The notes under the pieces: model-generated
The model's database searches: none
What the model was told of the DNA's origin: nothing
Seen by the model: only the letters and a program-made list of their open reading frames with translations
Source of the DNA: Tubiluchus corallicola
Lineage: Eukaryota > Animalia > Priapulida
DNA length: 64,000 nt
Reading direction: 5' to 3'
Assembly: GCA_030141605.1 (NCBI GenBank)
Contig: JAQGDQ010000030.1
Span: forward strand, 1 to 64,000
Translations under genes and position numbers: made by a program
Part shown: positions 1-18,103 of the stretch, one piece after another
Numbering within the stretch: position 1 is the stretch's first letter
How the letters are laid out: every line of letters starts with the position of its first letter

Positions 1-564
1 TCATTGTACGTAAATGTATTCGCTTATCTATAATTATCATCGTAGGCTTCTATTTCAATACTGCGTATAAGTTTACATGGGTGTATTTTCTCACTTAACA
101 GTATTACACAAGTTTCATTATCTGAAAATATGAACAGTAGTAGCACTTCACGTACATTCCGTTTAACTTATTTTTGCTCAATTTTACTATTATTTAATTT
201 TTGGTTGCTATGGATACTATTTTAAACTTATTTAAATGACAAGAAAACTGATGATGTCATAAGAAATGTTATTGTATTTGAGACTAGAAGGCAGCTTCAT
301 GACAATAAACTACACATGGAAATTATGTACATACATGCAGATTGTTTGAAGTATTTATATTTTCATTGATTAGCATTTGCCCAAAATTCGTTGATAAATT
401 TCTTGAAGAACATGTTCTTAATGTTCAACTTGAATTTCATTCTTAGTATTAAGATTCAATAAATAGGAAAGGACTCAAATATTGATGCATGATGTTTAAG
501 CTAAAAAAGACTTAATATTTGGTTTCTTCAATTCACATGCAGTATAATGTATCCTATTATGGCC

Positions 565-851
565 TGTAGCGGATAGCCCTATAGGCTGAATAGGCTGAAG
601 CCTAAGGCCTGGGATCAAAAGGGGCCCGGCAAAATAATCGCTGTAATCGTGTTTGTATAGTCCTAGTCCACAACTCAAGGATCAAGAAGATATCATTTTT
701 ATCACAATCGGTGGGCAAAAACTCACAAAATTAAACAAACTTACAAATGACGAGAGATCCACAAAAACACGTCAGCTCAGCAGTGTAGCAACATTTAAAA
801 GGCCCGTTCCAAGCTCAAGCCTAAGGCCCATAAAATCATAATCCGCCGCTG
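565..851. mobile_element. Short non-autonomous hAT-like DNA element (MITE), degenerate
   Basis: 3' end ...taatccgccgctg; left end with tagcggatag...taggctgaagcctaaggcc; the internal motif agcctaaggcc occurs at both ends; similar to the MITE at 2476-2841. Confidence 0.45.
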
Positions 852-859
852 TTTATGGC

Positions 860-1425
860 ACAGAAAAAAATGTGCCAAAGTTCAGGCTACAATAATATCA
901 GAAGCGTGATATTACAATACATTAACTATTGGCTGTGAAAGCTACAAATTTATACATTTAGTAGTTTTAAAGTTATGAGCAAAACACTTTTGCATGTGAA
1001 AAATTTAAATACCGGAACAATGTCAGCTAATCGTCAATTGAAAAACGGCCATGTTGACGTATAAAACACCCAATACACGGAACAAAACAATAAAGAAATG
1101 AAATTAATTTACATCATGGTTTTCACAACAAGAAATTAAACATTGATCAAGATTTGTTAACAATAAAGACTTGACCATCTGGTCTAGGTTGCCTGGAAAA
1201 AACTTGAAGAGAAAGCGTTGGAAGACTGCACAGAGCCATTTGATAAAGAGAAACAAGGCAAAAGTTGTTGAGTGTTGGGATCAAATACTCATTGAATAAG
1301 TAAGAAACTGTATTAGCTGTTGGAAGAAAGTCTTTTGTCTAGTTTGCCTTGAAAATGATAAGTACATAGAGCACTTGTTGTAAACTTCAGCAATAGTGAA
1401 AAAACTTCCGGCATTTTTTTGACTT
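860..1425 (+). mobile_element. Tc1/mariner-superfamily remnant (internally deleted, stop-containing transposase C-terminus)
   Basis: Imperfect TIR pair aaaaaaatgtgccaaagtt (~865) / aacttccggcatttttttg (~1404-1421). 1270-1383 translates like a mariner/Tc1 C-terminus (CWDQI..*VRNCISCWKK....VCLENDKYIEHLL*). Confidence 0.55.
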
Positions 1426-1477
1426 GTTGTTTTAAAACTTCAATATCTTTAAAAACATACAGGAGAACAGCCTAAGG

Positions 1478-1585
1478 CAGGGGTGTGCAAATTGCGGCCC
1501 GCGGGCCACTTGCAGTCCGCCGAGGGAATTTCTGCGGCCCGTGAAGAGATTTGTTAACCTAATGAAAGTGCGGCCCGGGCGATTA
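1478..1585 (+). mobile_element. Left end of a Charlie/hAT-type DNA transposon
   Basis: caggggtgtgcaaattgcggcccgcgggcc with repeated gcggccc subterminal motifs, typical of Charlie-like hAT termini; no partner end seen. Confidence 0.6.
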
Positions 1586-2044
1586 ATTGAGTGTATCCAG
1601 CCGAAGTCCGTGCCGTGATCCCAAAGATAGTGCGGGTAGTTTTTTCTACTAGATCGGATGCCATTAACCCTTACAAGACGGTTGTAGCTTAATGTCACTG
1701 TACTACACAGACTGTGTGATACACATTACTAATATGCATTGTAATGAAATTACCACTATCTGTCCTAAAAGTAGAAATATATGGTTTGTAATATAAATTT
1801 TAATAACTTCTAAAATAGTTTCTTGAGTGTAGTAGTAATGATGTACGATGATAATAAAGTATGGGAAAATTCTACATAAAAATCACAGTTTTCTAACTCA
1901 ATAATCTGTCCTTCTACAACAGTTAGCCATTGTTCATGAGATCAACATCTGGTGTTAAAAACCTGAGATTATTAAATGTAAAACAAAAAAAACCCACGTT
2001 GCCGTAAACGAGATGATCTCACCATGTTACGTACGGGTCATACC

Positions 2045-2467
2045 TAGGGTTGCCAGATGCCCCTGATGTACCAGGCATGTTCCATATTTGATAACTTTGT
2101 TCTGATAAATACGATAAACGTCCCCGTATTTAGTTCATTTTCAAATTTCGCATTAAAGATATATTTTTATTGCCTTCTCATGGTTCTTGGTTGTAACTTT
2201 ACAAGTAATTATGCTTTCTTTACTTAGATTCTCTTGATGAAAATAACCCGAACGTAACAAGGAGACTAGTGTTGCTGGATGTTTTCACAAAATTGACGTG
2301 TTTGCTGCCTGTTTGTAACTGTCTTTCTGTTTGTAACTTGCCTCTCTACTTTTATATAATATATTTATCTGGGTGTGTAGGCATGTATAAATACATATAT
2401 ATTTAGTAACAGAGAGAAAGATTTTAAGAATGTCGAGTATTTTTAATTTTCTAATCTGGCAACCCTA
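2045..2467. mobile_element. hAT MITE with perfect 14-bp TIRs and 8-bp TSD
   Basis: TIR tagggttgccagat / atctggcaacccta; flanks gtcatacc (2037-2044) and gtcatatc (2468-2475), 7/8 identical. Confidence 0.85.
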
Positions 2468-2475
2468 GTCATATC

Positions 2476-2841
2476 CAGGCCCGGATTATCATAATTATAG
2501 GCTGCAGCCTAGAGCCCTTCAGGGTTTAATAACATTTGTTATAAAAAATCTGTTTTTCCACTATGGTTGTGTTAAAATACATGCTAATTTACTTTGCAGT
2601 AAGTGGTAAAATAGTGGTACTTGCGAAAGAATATTTTTACCGACAAACAAATGATAGCTATTCTAGTTTATTTAAAGAATTTGCAATAAGTTTACTTCAA
2701 CCCATAAATAGGGCATGCTAAAATATATCACGAATAAAAAATATTCAATAAGGGGCGGGTGTGTTAGAGGGTGGCTGCATGTGATGGCGGCTCCATAATT
2801 TCATTAGCCCAAGGTACCAAAAAGGTCATAATCCGACCCTG
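2476..2841. mobile_element. hAT-like MITE directly abutting the previous one
   Basis: Imperfect TIR caggcccggattat / ataatccgaccctg. Confidence 0.7.
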
Positions 2842-4103
2842 ATTATACTACTAATAGCAAAACTGATATTGCCATTTCTATTCAAATTTGTGCCTCGAAA
2901 TTCAAACAACATTTTCACACTGTTAGATGATACTTCACCCATCAGTGTGAGCAGCAACACATCTTGTAATAAAACTACTTTTTCTACTCACGAAAAATAT
3001 AACGCAGTTACTTAGTTTAAGCTATACGTAGTTTGTATGATTTCTCATTAACCCAAATTTTCAACGTTTGAGTTAGTTATTTGAACCTCGCTATTGGACG
3101 TGTTGTCGCAAACTTTCGTTTTGAGATAAAATAACAGATATTTAGCATAATACTACGATGGCACTACTATATAATTAACTTGTCCGATTTTAACAATACC
3201 AGACAGCCACAGCCAAAGTGTTGTGCAATGAGAAGTCAGTAATAGTGATCTTTACTATCACTAATCAGTAGTACGTAAACCATATATAATTTTTTAAGAA
3301 ATAATCTATAATCCCGACAGATTAGCAATAAACCTACACAGCATACTAGTGATAATATAAACAACCATTCCATAGCATAGCACTCGATGTTATGCACTAA
3401 TTCAATCCAAATCTTGTGAACATTCCATCGATAGTTACATATTGCAATATACGCATGAATGTGTGTCAAGATTTTTTGCCCAAAGTTTGCAATTCCCCAG
3501 ACACGAGATATTAGTACGTGAAAGATATTAGGGTTAGCGTATTTAAATTGTGTGGGCAGTTGTTCCATTTTTTGCACAATCTAAAGAAACAAAATTTTTC
3601 GTATAGAGCTACCACCACGGAACAATCCACGTACTTGGTAATAAAGTGCGCAACAACATTTAACTATATTTTTACAGATATGTAAACTACAGACGTGAGG
3701 TCTTGTCAGTCAAACGATGACTTATACACTAAAAAAACTAGACTACGATGCATTAATTAATAACACAACATGGACGGAACCGACACCATTTCTAGCACTA
3801 ACAGAGGCATATGCAGATAATTTAGGAAATATGCAGTGTAACAATATATTCGCTTACTAACCTGTGTCAATTTACATGCGTCATGGTATGTAGTAGTAAT
3901 CTCATTGTAAACAAGAATGACACAAAATGTAATCTCAACATTGTCACATTTATGCTCTTTCTCGTAAAATTAGAAAAAATTTACATTCGGTTTTTGTTTC
4001 CTTACCGCGTTGGCCAATCAGAGGGCAGGATGGAAACACGCTGTACAAACGCAGCAAAGATTTATACTGGCAATGATGAAAACTCGTCAGAGTGTCAGGC
4101 AAA

Positions 4104-11754
<7,651 letters not shown>

Positions 11755-11831
11755 TTAATTTCTTTTCACGAGTTATAACATTGTAAGCATGCAGTATACA
11801 ATACTTTCTTACAAAATTTTGTGACCGCGAT

Positions 11832-12836
11832 TGTGACGATGTAGTCTAAGTTCCGTTATTGTAAATATGTGGTTTGTGACTTAAGTGTAACCCTTAGGTA
11901 AAGAATAAAACACTTAGTCGAAAACACTGAGAAGAAACCTTTGAATTAATAAAGTAATACAACAATTTAATTAATATCCCAAAATACATTACGAGACAAC
12001 TGTTAATAATAAAGATTAAGCCGGCTAAGAAGGAAAAGAACAACGTAACGTTTTTCACCAGTCCAGTCTTGGCATCATCAAGCGACTATTCTCCTGCTCC
12101 CATTCCGCAGCATCTCCTCACCAGGGGCTTGATCAAGGAATGGTGCACCATAGAACGGTTGACTACACTACCTCTTGATGGAGCTGATTACGTGGACGAC
12201 GACGTCTCCAAACTTTGACGACTCCTGATGTACACGCCTCCACTAATACGATGCCAAAATGGGGTAGCATCCAAGCTCCTGCACTCGTCGCAAGGTAAGG
12301 ATTACCAATTTTGTAATCAGCATGGAAGCACCAACGACAGTATCATCAACGTCAGGTAAATCGGGTAAGTATCATCAGCAGCAGATATCATCGACAACTG
12401 GTAAGTGATGTATCATCAGCGTCAGGAAAATATAATCAGCAACAGGTAAGCATCATCGCAAAAATGCGACTATCGTCTCTGTCGTAACCAGGTAGACAGA
12501 TAGCTTTTCTACAAGCGAGCACCGTTACTACTAAACCATCATTTCATGACATGAGAACGTCCGCTTAACTCGACAACTTAAAGCGGAATACCAGGGCCAA
12601 CTCAACAGCCAAAATTTCGTCTACGTGGCTTCAGTCACATGATATAGTAGTAATGCATAAACAGTATCATTGAATGTACAGGTGAAATCTGATTTCAGAA
12701 CAAGTTGGCTTCTAGCCTTATATCATTAAACAGTTTAACTAAACTTCTTTTATAAAAATTGACAATAATTAATGGTGGAATTATAACAGTAGGAACTAGT
12801 TACATAACCTGGCCTAAAATAAGCCTGAGCGTCACA
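11832..12836 (-). repeat. 3' LTR (1005 bp)
   Basis: TGTGACG...CGTCACA 7-bp inverted termini; matches 18104-19104 with about 8 substitutions and 1 indel counted by eye. Confidence 0.95.
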
Positions 12837-13425
12837 TAGCATCCTCCGTTACAAAAGCTTGATCCATCAAATTTTTTACTAAAATGTGATATCAAGACTT
12901 TTAACACAATAGGTCAGGGCAATAAACTAGTTACACAAGAAATCATGATACATATTCATCACAATAATAGACCAAAATAACTAATGTCAATGACAAAAAA
13001 TACAATACTCAATCATAGTCTTCATCAACAAATCTTTGTGAATTCCTTCACTCATGAAATAATTACATATCAGGTAATACAGTATTTGTTTACTCTTAAG
13101 CTTACAACGCAAGGTTCAAATCTTGGTTTCAAAATAAACGAATAAACTAAACATAAAACACTGTATTGTTTCGATCAAAGGAGAAACACTTTTACTATTA
13201 ACCAACCTAACAAGATTAAAATAATACAGTACAACACATCATGTTTTCCATTACCACTCCTAGATGGCATTGCGAATATATTAAACTAATTTCGCAACAA
13301 AATTTTATTATTTGTAATTCATTTCTAATGAATTGGCTTCATATAATGTAAAATAAAATGTTTCAAACTGGTCAGAGGTGATCTTTAATCACCTAACTTG
13401 GGCTTTAGTGGTTGGAATTACCCAC

Positions 13426-13850
13426 TCATAGGCGTGAAAGAGAATCTGCTACAATATTATCTTTTCCAGCAATATTCTCTACAGTAAAGTGGAATTCTTG
13501 CAAAATAAGCGCCCATGTACAAAGGCGGCGATTATTTCTCTTCATGCGTGGGAGTGCTAGCAAACTACGTTGGTCAGTTCGTACTATGAACTCATGACCT
13601 TCTAAGTAGTAACGTAACTTAGTTACAGAATACACTACTGCCAACAACTCAATTTCCACAACACTATAATTTCGTTCACACGTAGTTAACTTTCTGCTCA
13701 CATGTGTAATTGGCACCTCACCTAACTCACTCTGTACTTGTGTCAGCACTCCACCAATACCACTAAATGAAGCATCAGTTGTTAGAACGAATTTCTGCGA
13801 AAAATCAGGTGAGTGAAGCACCGTGTCTGAGTTTAGTGCAGTGCGCAGTT
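13426..13850 (-). pseudogene. Ty3/Gypsy RT connection/RNase H domain, out of frame with the upstream polyprotein
   Basis: VLHSPDFSQKFVLTTDAS..GIGGVLTQ...SRKL...ERNYSVVEIELLA...VRTDQ...NIVADSLSR. One extra T in the T-run at 13853-13857 would restore the frame (AFLELRTALNSDTVLHSPDF). Confidence 0.88.
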
Positions 13851-16800
13851 CTAAAAAGCTTCTTCATTCCAGTCAACGTGTACAGGTGCATTTTTCTCAA
13901 GCAGTGCATACAAGGGTACCGCAATAGGACTAAACATCGTTTCGACATGTCCTACAACTGGCGTAGGATTTGTTAGAGTAATACGATGTTGAACTAATTC
14001 AGTGCACCCGGGAAGATTGGTGAACATCTCTGAAAATTCTGCAAGTACTGCTGCCAACTGACTAATCTGTTCATCATTGAGATGAGAGTCATATGCTACA
14101 TCATTGAGGTACTGCGTGGGTGAGGCAGAAGGCGGGAATGCATATTCAGGAAGTTTCAATGAACACTCATTTTCCTCCTGCTCATCCACCTTCACATCAC
14201 CACTACCAACTTCAGACAATACACTGTCTAGTGACGCTGTACTAAATTCCTCACACTTTGCAAACAAAACCATGTGCTCGTCGCGTTCAACAAATGGTTT
14301 CAACATGTTGATATGATATGTTCTTGTATGGCGTTTGCGTGCAGTTTTGCCTCCTAAATGTATTTTATATGTCCAATCAGACAATTTATCAACAACTGTA
14401 AAGGGGCCACGATAGCGCTTTTGCATTTTGCTTTTTCCTTCAGGCATTAAAACAAGAACTTTTTGCCCTATTTCAAGCGAGCGTTCTGAAGTGGTTTTAT
14501 CATACCACTTTTTCTGTGATATTTTAGCTTTTTGCAAAGCTTCATGGGCATCAGTAGTTGCCTCTTTTACAGTGTTAATTATGCGAGTCACGTAATCATC
14601 AATTTCCTCCCACTTAGGAGCTTCTACAGAGCCCCAACATTCTTTTAGGGCAGCCAAAGGCCCACGCACGGGAAAACCATAAACTAACTGAAATGGGGCA
14701 TACCCAGTGGATTCTTGGGGTACTTCCCGGAAAGCAAATAAAATAAATGGAATAGTTTCATCCCAGGGTAAATGTTTCTCATTTTGCATGACTTTTAAAA
14801 TGCAGGATTTTAATGAGCCATTAAATCTCTCAGTTAACCCATTCCCCTGTGGGTTATATGGGGAAGTGAAAATTCCCTTTACACCCAAGGCCTGTTCTAA
14901 ATCATGGATTAACTGTGATGTGAATTGAGTACCTCTGTCGGCTAAAATCTCACGCGGGATGCCGTGTCGACATATGTATTGCAATAAAGCTTTAACAACA
15001 GTAGTGGTTTCAATATTTGGCAGCGGGTAGCAATGGGGGTACCTCGTAGCATGATCTATTATTACTAACGCGTACTTATTCCCGGAGGGTGTTCTCTTCA
15101 TAGGCCCAATAATATCCATGGCTATAGTTCGAAATGCAATCGAAGGTATGGACAATGGCTTTAATTTTGCTTTATCAGAACGTTTAATTCTCGCCGTTTT
15201 CTGACATGGGACACACGAGCGACAATATTGTATCACTGAACGTTTAACTCTAGGCCAGATACATTCTTGTAAAACACGTTGGGTAGTTTTACGGATGCCC
15301 AGGTGACCAGCCATGTGCGCATCATGTGCCAAAGATAAGACTGCCAAACGTCTAGACTTGGGTACAACCAAAAGTTCGCTGGGTTCAGCATCGCGCTTTT
15401 CATGTGTCAGGTAATATAAAACCCGATCTTTAATGAAGTAACCATTTCTTTGGGCTCGAGCTACTGTTTCTGTGACTGCGTGATCACGTAAATTGCGCAA
15501 ACTAACATCATCGCGCTGTTCTTGCAGCAATTGTTCTTTACTAAGCTGTAACAGCTGCTGTTGCTGTGCTTTAGTAGCTATGCCAGATGCAATATTTTTG
15601 TCCGCTTTTTGATCAGCGTTTAAACTACTTAGTAATTGTTTCTCGCTCTTAGCTTCTGCTTGTAGCTGCTTTGCTTTTGATCGGGTTACTGCAAAAGCTT
15701 TTTTTGAATTACCAGTTCGTTTCGCGACATTGATATTTCCGCTCACAAGTTCATCAAAATAATGTGACGTATCTGAATTTTCATGTGTGATACATTCTAA
15801 ATCAACTGACTTAGGTGGTGTACTAAAACTCTGTTTAATGCTAAATGGTGTCACAGCAGTTCGGTAATCATTACCTAGCAAAAAGGGCACAGGAAGACTA
15901 TCAGACACTGCCACTCTCAATCTACCATTAACTAGCGTACATTCCACCTCAATAACAGCTATACGTGTATTTTTAACATCGCCATGCACACACCAAATTT
16001 TGATACAATTTTCACTACGTAGAAACTGTTCTGGACGGACATAACGTAGTTGGATCAAACTCACGCTAGCACCAGAATCTCTTATACCATCGATCCAGAT
16101 ACCATTAATTTTAGCTTTAAAGCTAAACTCATCAGACTCAGGCACACACTCAGGCATAGCCGCAGGTGAACTGGTAGAGTGACTGGTATTTCCTGTCTTG
16201 GCCAAGAATTGACGACTAGGATTTCTACTCTTGCCACTAGTTTCACCATAATTAGGGCGTTTCGGGCACTGGATCCTTTTGTGTCCAAGTTCTCCACAAG
16301 TATAACAGCGTATCTTCTTCATGACGTCATTATTCATCTTTTTTCCAGAACCATTTGAAAAAACTGCCGGCCTAGAATTTCCACGCTGTTGTTGCATTTG
16401 TTTAAGTTTTGAAGCCGTACCTAATGCATTGGAAGCAATGTACAAATCAGCTTTCTCTGCCACCTTTTCCATTGTCTTCTGCCCTTGCTGCCTGACCCAA
16501 ATGCTCATTTCACGGGGCATCAATGTAAGGGCCTGCTCAATACATAGCAGTTCAGAAACGTTCTCAAAGGTGGACGCTTCTTCGGCTTTCAGCCATTCTT
16601 GCAGGGCACGATCAAGCCGTACTAAAAGCTGACGGAATGTTTCATCCGGTCTCCGAGTAATCTTGCGGAAACGCTCAAGATACATGTCATTGGAGAGGAC
16701 ATAGGCAGCTAACAAAGTCTTCTTTACAACATTGTAATCTTGCATGCTGTCAAGTGGCACTTGTTGAAAAGCCTGGGCTGCTTTTCCGGATAAAGCTGGG

Positions 16801-17543
16801 CCCAGCGATGCAGCAAAGTGTTTCTCTTCAAGGCCATTAGCTTTGACTACTGCTTCAAACCACTGTAAGAAAGTATGCAGATCATCGGTTCCCTCTGTAA
16901 AAACACGTGATAACTTTACACGGGGTATTCGAGATGCGGTTGTAGTAAGTATGCCATCAGGTGATTGAGGAGGAACCTGTGTCACGTGACTTGGAGATGA
17001 GGCATCCAGCTCACGAAGCTTCAACTCAAACTGATACTGCTCTTTCTGCATTCGTTCTCTGCGCTCCTCACGCTCACGTTCCCATTCTCTCTCTTCACGT
17101 TGCATACGTTCACGCCTTTCTTCACGTTTCTGTTCCCGTTCCCATTCACGCTCTTTCTCGCGCTCTACTAACTTTAACTTTTCAATGTTGTAAAGGGATA
17201 CTGAATGTTCTGTCATCTCATCATTCGCAGGTTTACTATTAATAGCAGAATGCAAGGTAAGGTCGGCAGGAGGGGGAGTTGCTAACAGTTGATCAGACAC
17301 ACGTCTGCGCCCACTCATCTGCGCAAACGACACACTCGGTGTGCTTGACACACCTCCAACTTCTTTCGGTCTAACACTAGGTTCACCTGTCATCACAGGG
17401 TTACCTTGTGCATTCATGATTATATCAATTATTCCGGCCTTATTTGCACCCAGTGGTAAAGTTAGCCTACGTTCAACAGTTATCTGCTTTAAGACAGGTA
17501 CAGTAAGTTGCTGCAATTCACTCTCCACGTAAACGCGTGACAT
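13851..17543 (-). CDS. Gag-protease-integrase polyprotein with RT N-terminal stub
   Basis: ATG at 17543. SAP/HeH-like N-terminus, E/R coiled coil, SCAN-like capsid C-terminal domain (EQALTLMPREMSIWVRQQ..KTMEKVAEKADLY), CCHC knuckle (CYTCGELGHKRIQC), protease DSGA, integrase HHCC (AHD..MAGHLG...CRSCVPC) and D-D-E core (MDIIGP, DRGTQF, ERFNGSLK), GPF motif, then LAEFSEMF..PGCTELVQHRI; no YxDD. Confidence 0.92.
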   Translation of the reverse strand: MSRVYVESELQQLTVPVLKQITVERRLTLPLGANKAGIIDIIMNAQGNPVMTGEPSVRPKEVGGVSSTPSVSFAQMSGRRRVSDQLLATPPPADLTLHSAINSKPANDEMTEHSVSLYNIEKLKLVEREKEREWEREQKREERRERMQREEREWEREREERRERMQKEQYQFELKLRELDASSPSHVTQVPPQSPDGILTTTASRIPRVKLSRVFTEGTDDLHTFLQWFEAVVKANGLEEKHFAASLGPALSGKAAQAFQQVPLDSMQDYNVVKKTLLAAYVLSNDMYLERFRKITRRPDETFRQLLVRLDRALQEWLKAEEASTFENVSELLCIEQALTLMPREMSIWVRQQGQKTMEKVAEKADLYIASNALGTASKLKQMQQQRGNSRPAVFSNGSGKKMNNDVMKKIRCYTCGELGHKRIQCPKRPNYGETSGKSRNPSRQFLAKTGNTSHSTSSPAAMPECVPESDEFSFKAKINGIWIDGIRDSGASVSLIQLRYVRPEQFLRSENCIKIWCVHGDVKNTRIAVIEVECTLVNGRLRVAVSDSLPVPFLLGNDYRTAVTPFSIKQSFSTPPKSVDLECITHENSDTSHYFDELVSGNINVAKRTGNSKKAFAVTRSKAKQLQAEAKSEKQLLSSLNADQKADKNIASGIATKAQQQQLLQLSKEQLLQEQRDDVSLRNLRDHAVTETVARAQRNGYFIKDRVLYYLTHEKRDAEPSELLVVPKSRRLAVLSLAHDAHMAGHLGIRKTTQRVLQECIWPRVKRSVIQYCRSCVPCQKTARIKRSDKAKLKPLSIPSIAFRTIAMDIIGPMKRTPSGNKYALVIIDHATRYPHCYPLPNIETTTVVKALLQYICRHGIPREILADRGTQFTSQLIHDLEQALGVKGIFTSPYNPQGNGLTERFNGSLKSCILKVMQNEKHLPWDETIPFILFAFREVPQESTGYAPFQLVYGFPVRGPLAALKECWGSVEAPKWEEIDDYVTRIINTVKEATTDAHEALQKAKISQKKWYDKTTSERSLEIGQKVLVLMPEGKSKMQKRYRGPFTVVDKLSDWTYKIHLGGKTARKRHTRTYHINMLKPFVERDEHMVLFAKCEEFSTASLDSVLSEVGSGDVKVDEQEENECSLKLPEYAFPPSASPTQYLNDVAYDSHLNDEQISQLAAVLAEFSEMFTNLPGCTELVQHRITLTNPTPVVGHVETMFSPIAVPLYALLEKNAPVHVDWNEEAF

Positions 17544-18082
17544 TCTAATCACAGGATAATATAGGACAAATAGTAGTTACAGTGAAAAAACTTTACGCTT
17601 GCAGAATATTTATAGATCTATCATTCAACTGACCCACACTGGCTCAGCGCATACAGACATACAAAAATACTGTATATTAGGGGTAAAGTAAGTGCAAATC
17701 AAACAAAGTAGCAAACTAGGAATATACAAAATCTAGGCCAAGACTTTTGACTAGCCTGCAACGAAATAACGGTTTCACTAGCACTTGAAACGTTTACAGT
17801 GTAATCAAGGACAAATCGGCATTCAAGTCGGCATACACCTGGAATTATAGTGTTTACAAAATCTGCAGGAAACCTATTTAAATAATGGACAAAACACATT
17901 CAACTGAGTAATCAATAAATTCACTCAACGGAAGATGCTATGTTCTTTCGAAATGCTTTTGCCCAAAGATTCCCCCAGAAAATTAGCTATGTAACTAATT
18001 ACCTGAAAGTAAATATCATTAAATTCTCAAAATGCTGACAAAGAATTTTATTCCTACCGAGTTACACCAAATAAAGTCAAAT

Positions 18083-18100
18083 ATCCCACTTCTGACACCA
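18083..18100 (-). promoter_or_regulatory. Primer binding site, tRNA-Leu type
   Basis: Minus strand TGGTGTCAGAAGTGGGAT, 3 nt inside the 5' LTR boundary; complementary to the 3' end ...AUCCCACUUCUGACACCA of animal tRNA-Leu. Confidence 0.88.
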
Positions 18101-18103
18101 TAA

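Noticed and set aside
13851-13860. Programmed -1 frameshift between the RT remnant and RNase H
   Set aside because: Only five T, no canonical slippery heptamer, and not a position where Gypsy elements frameshift; a 1-bp deletion or sequencing error is simpler.
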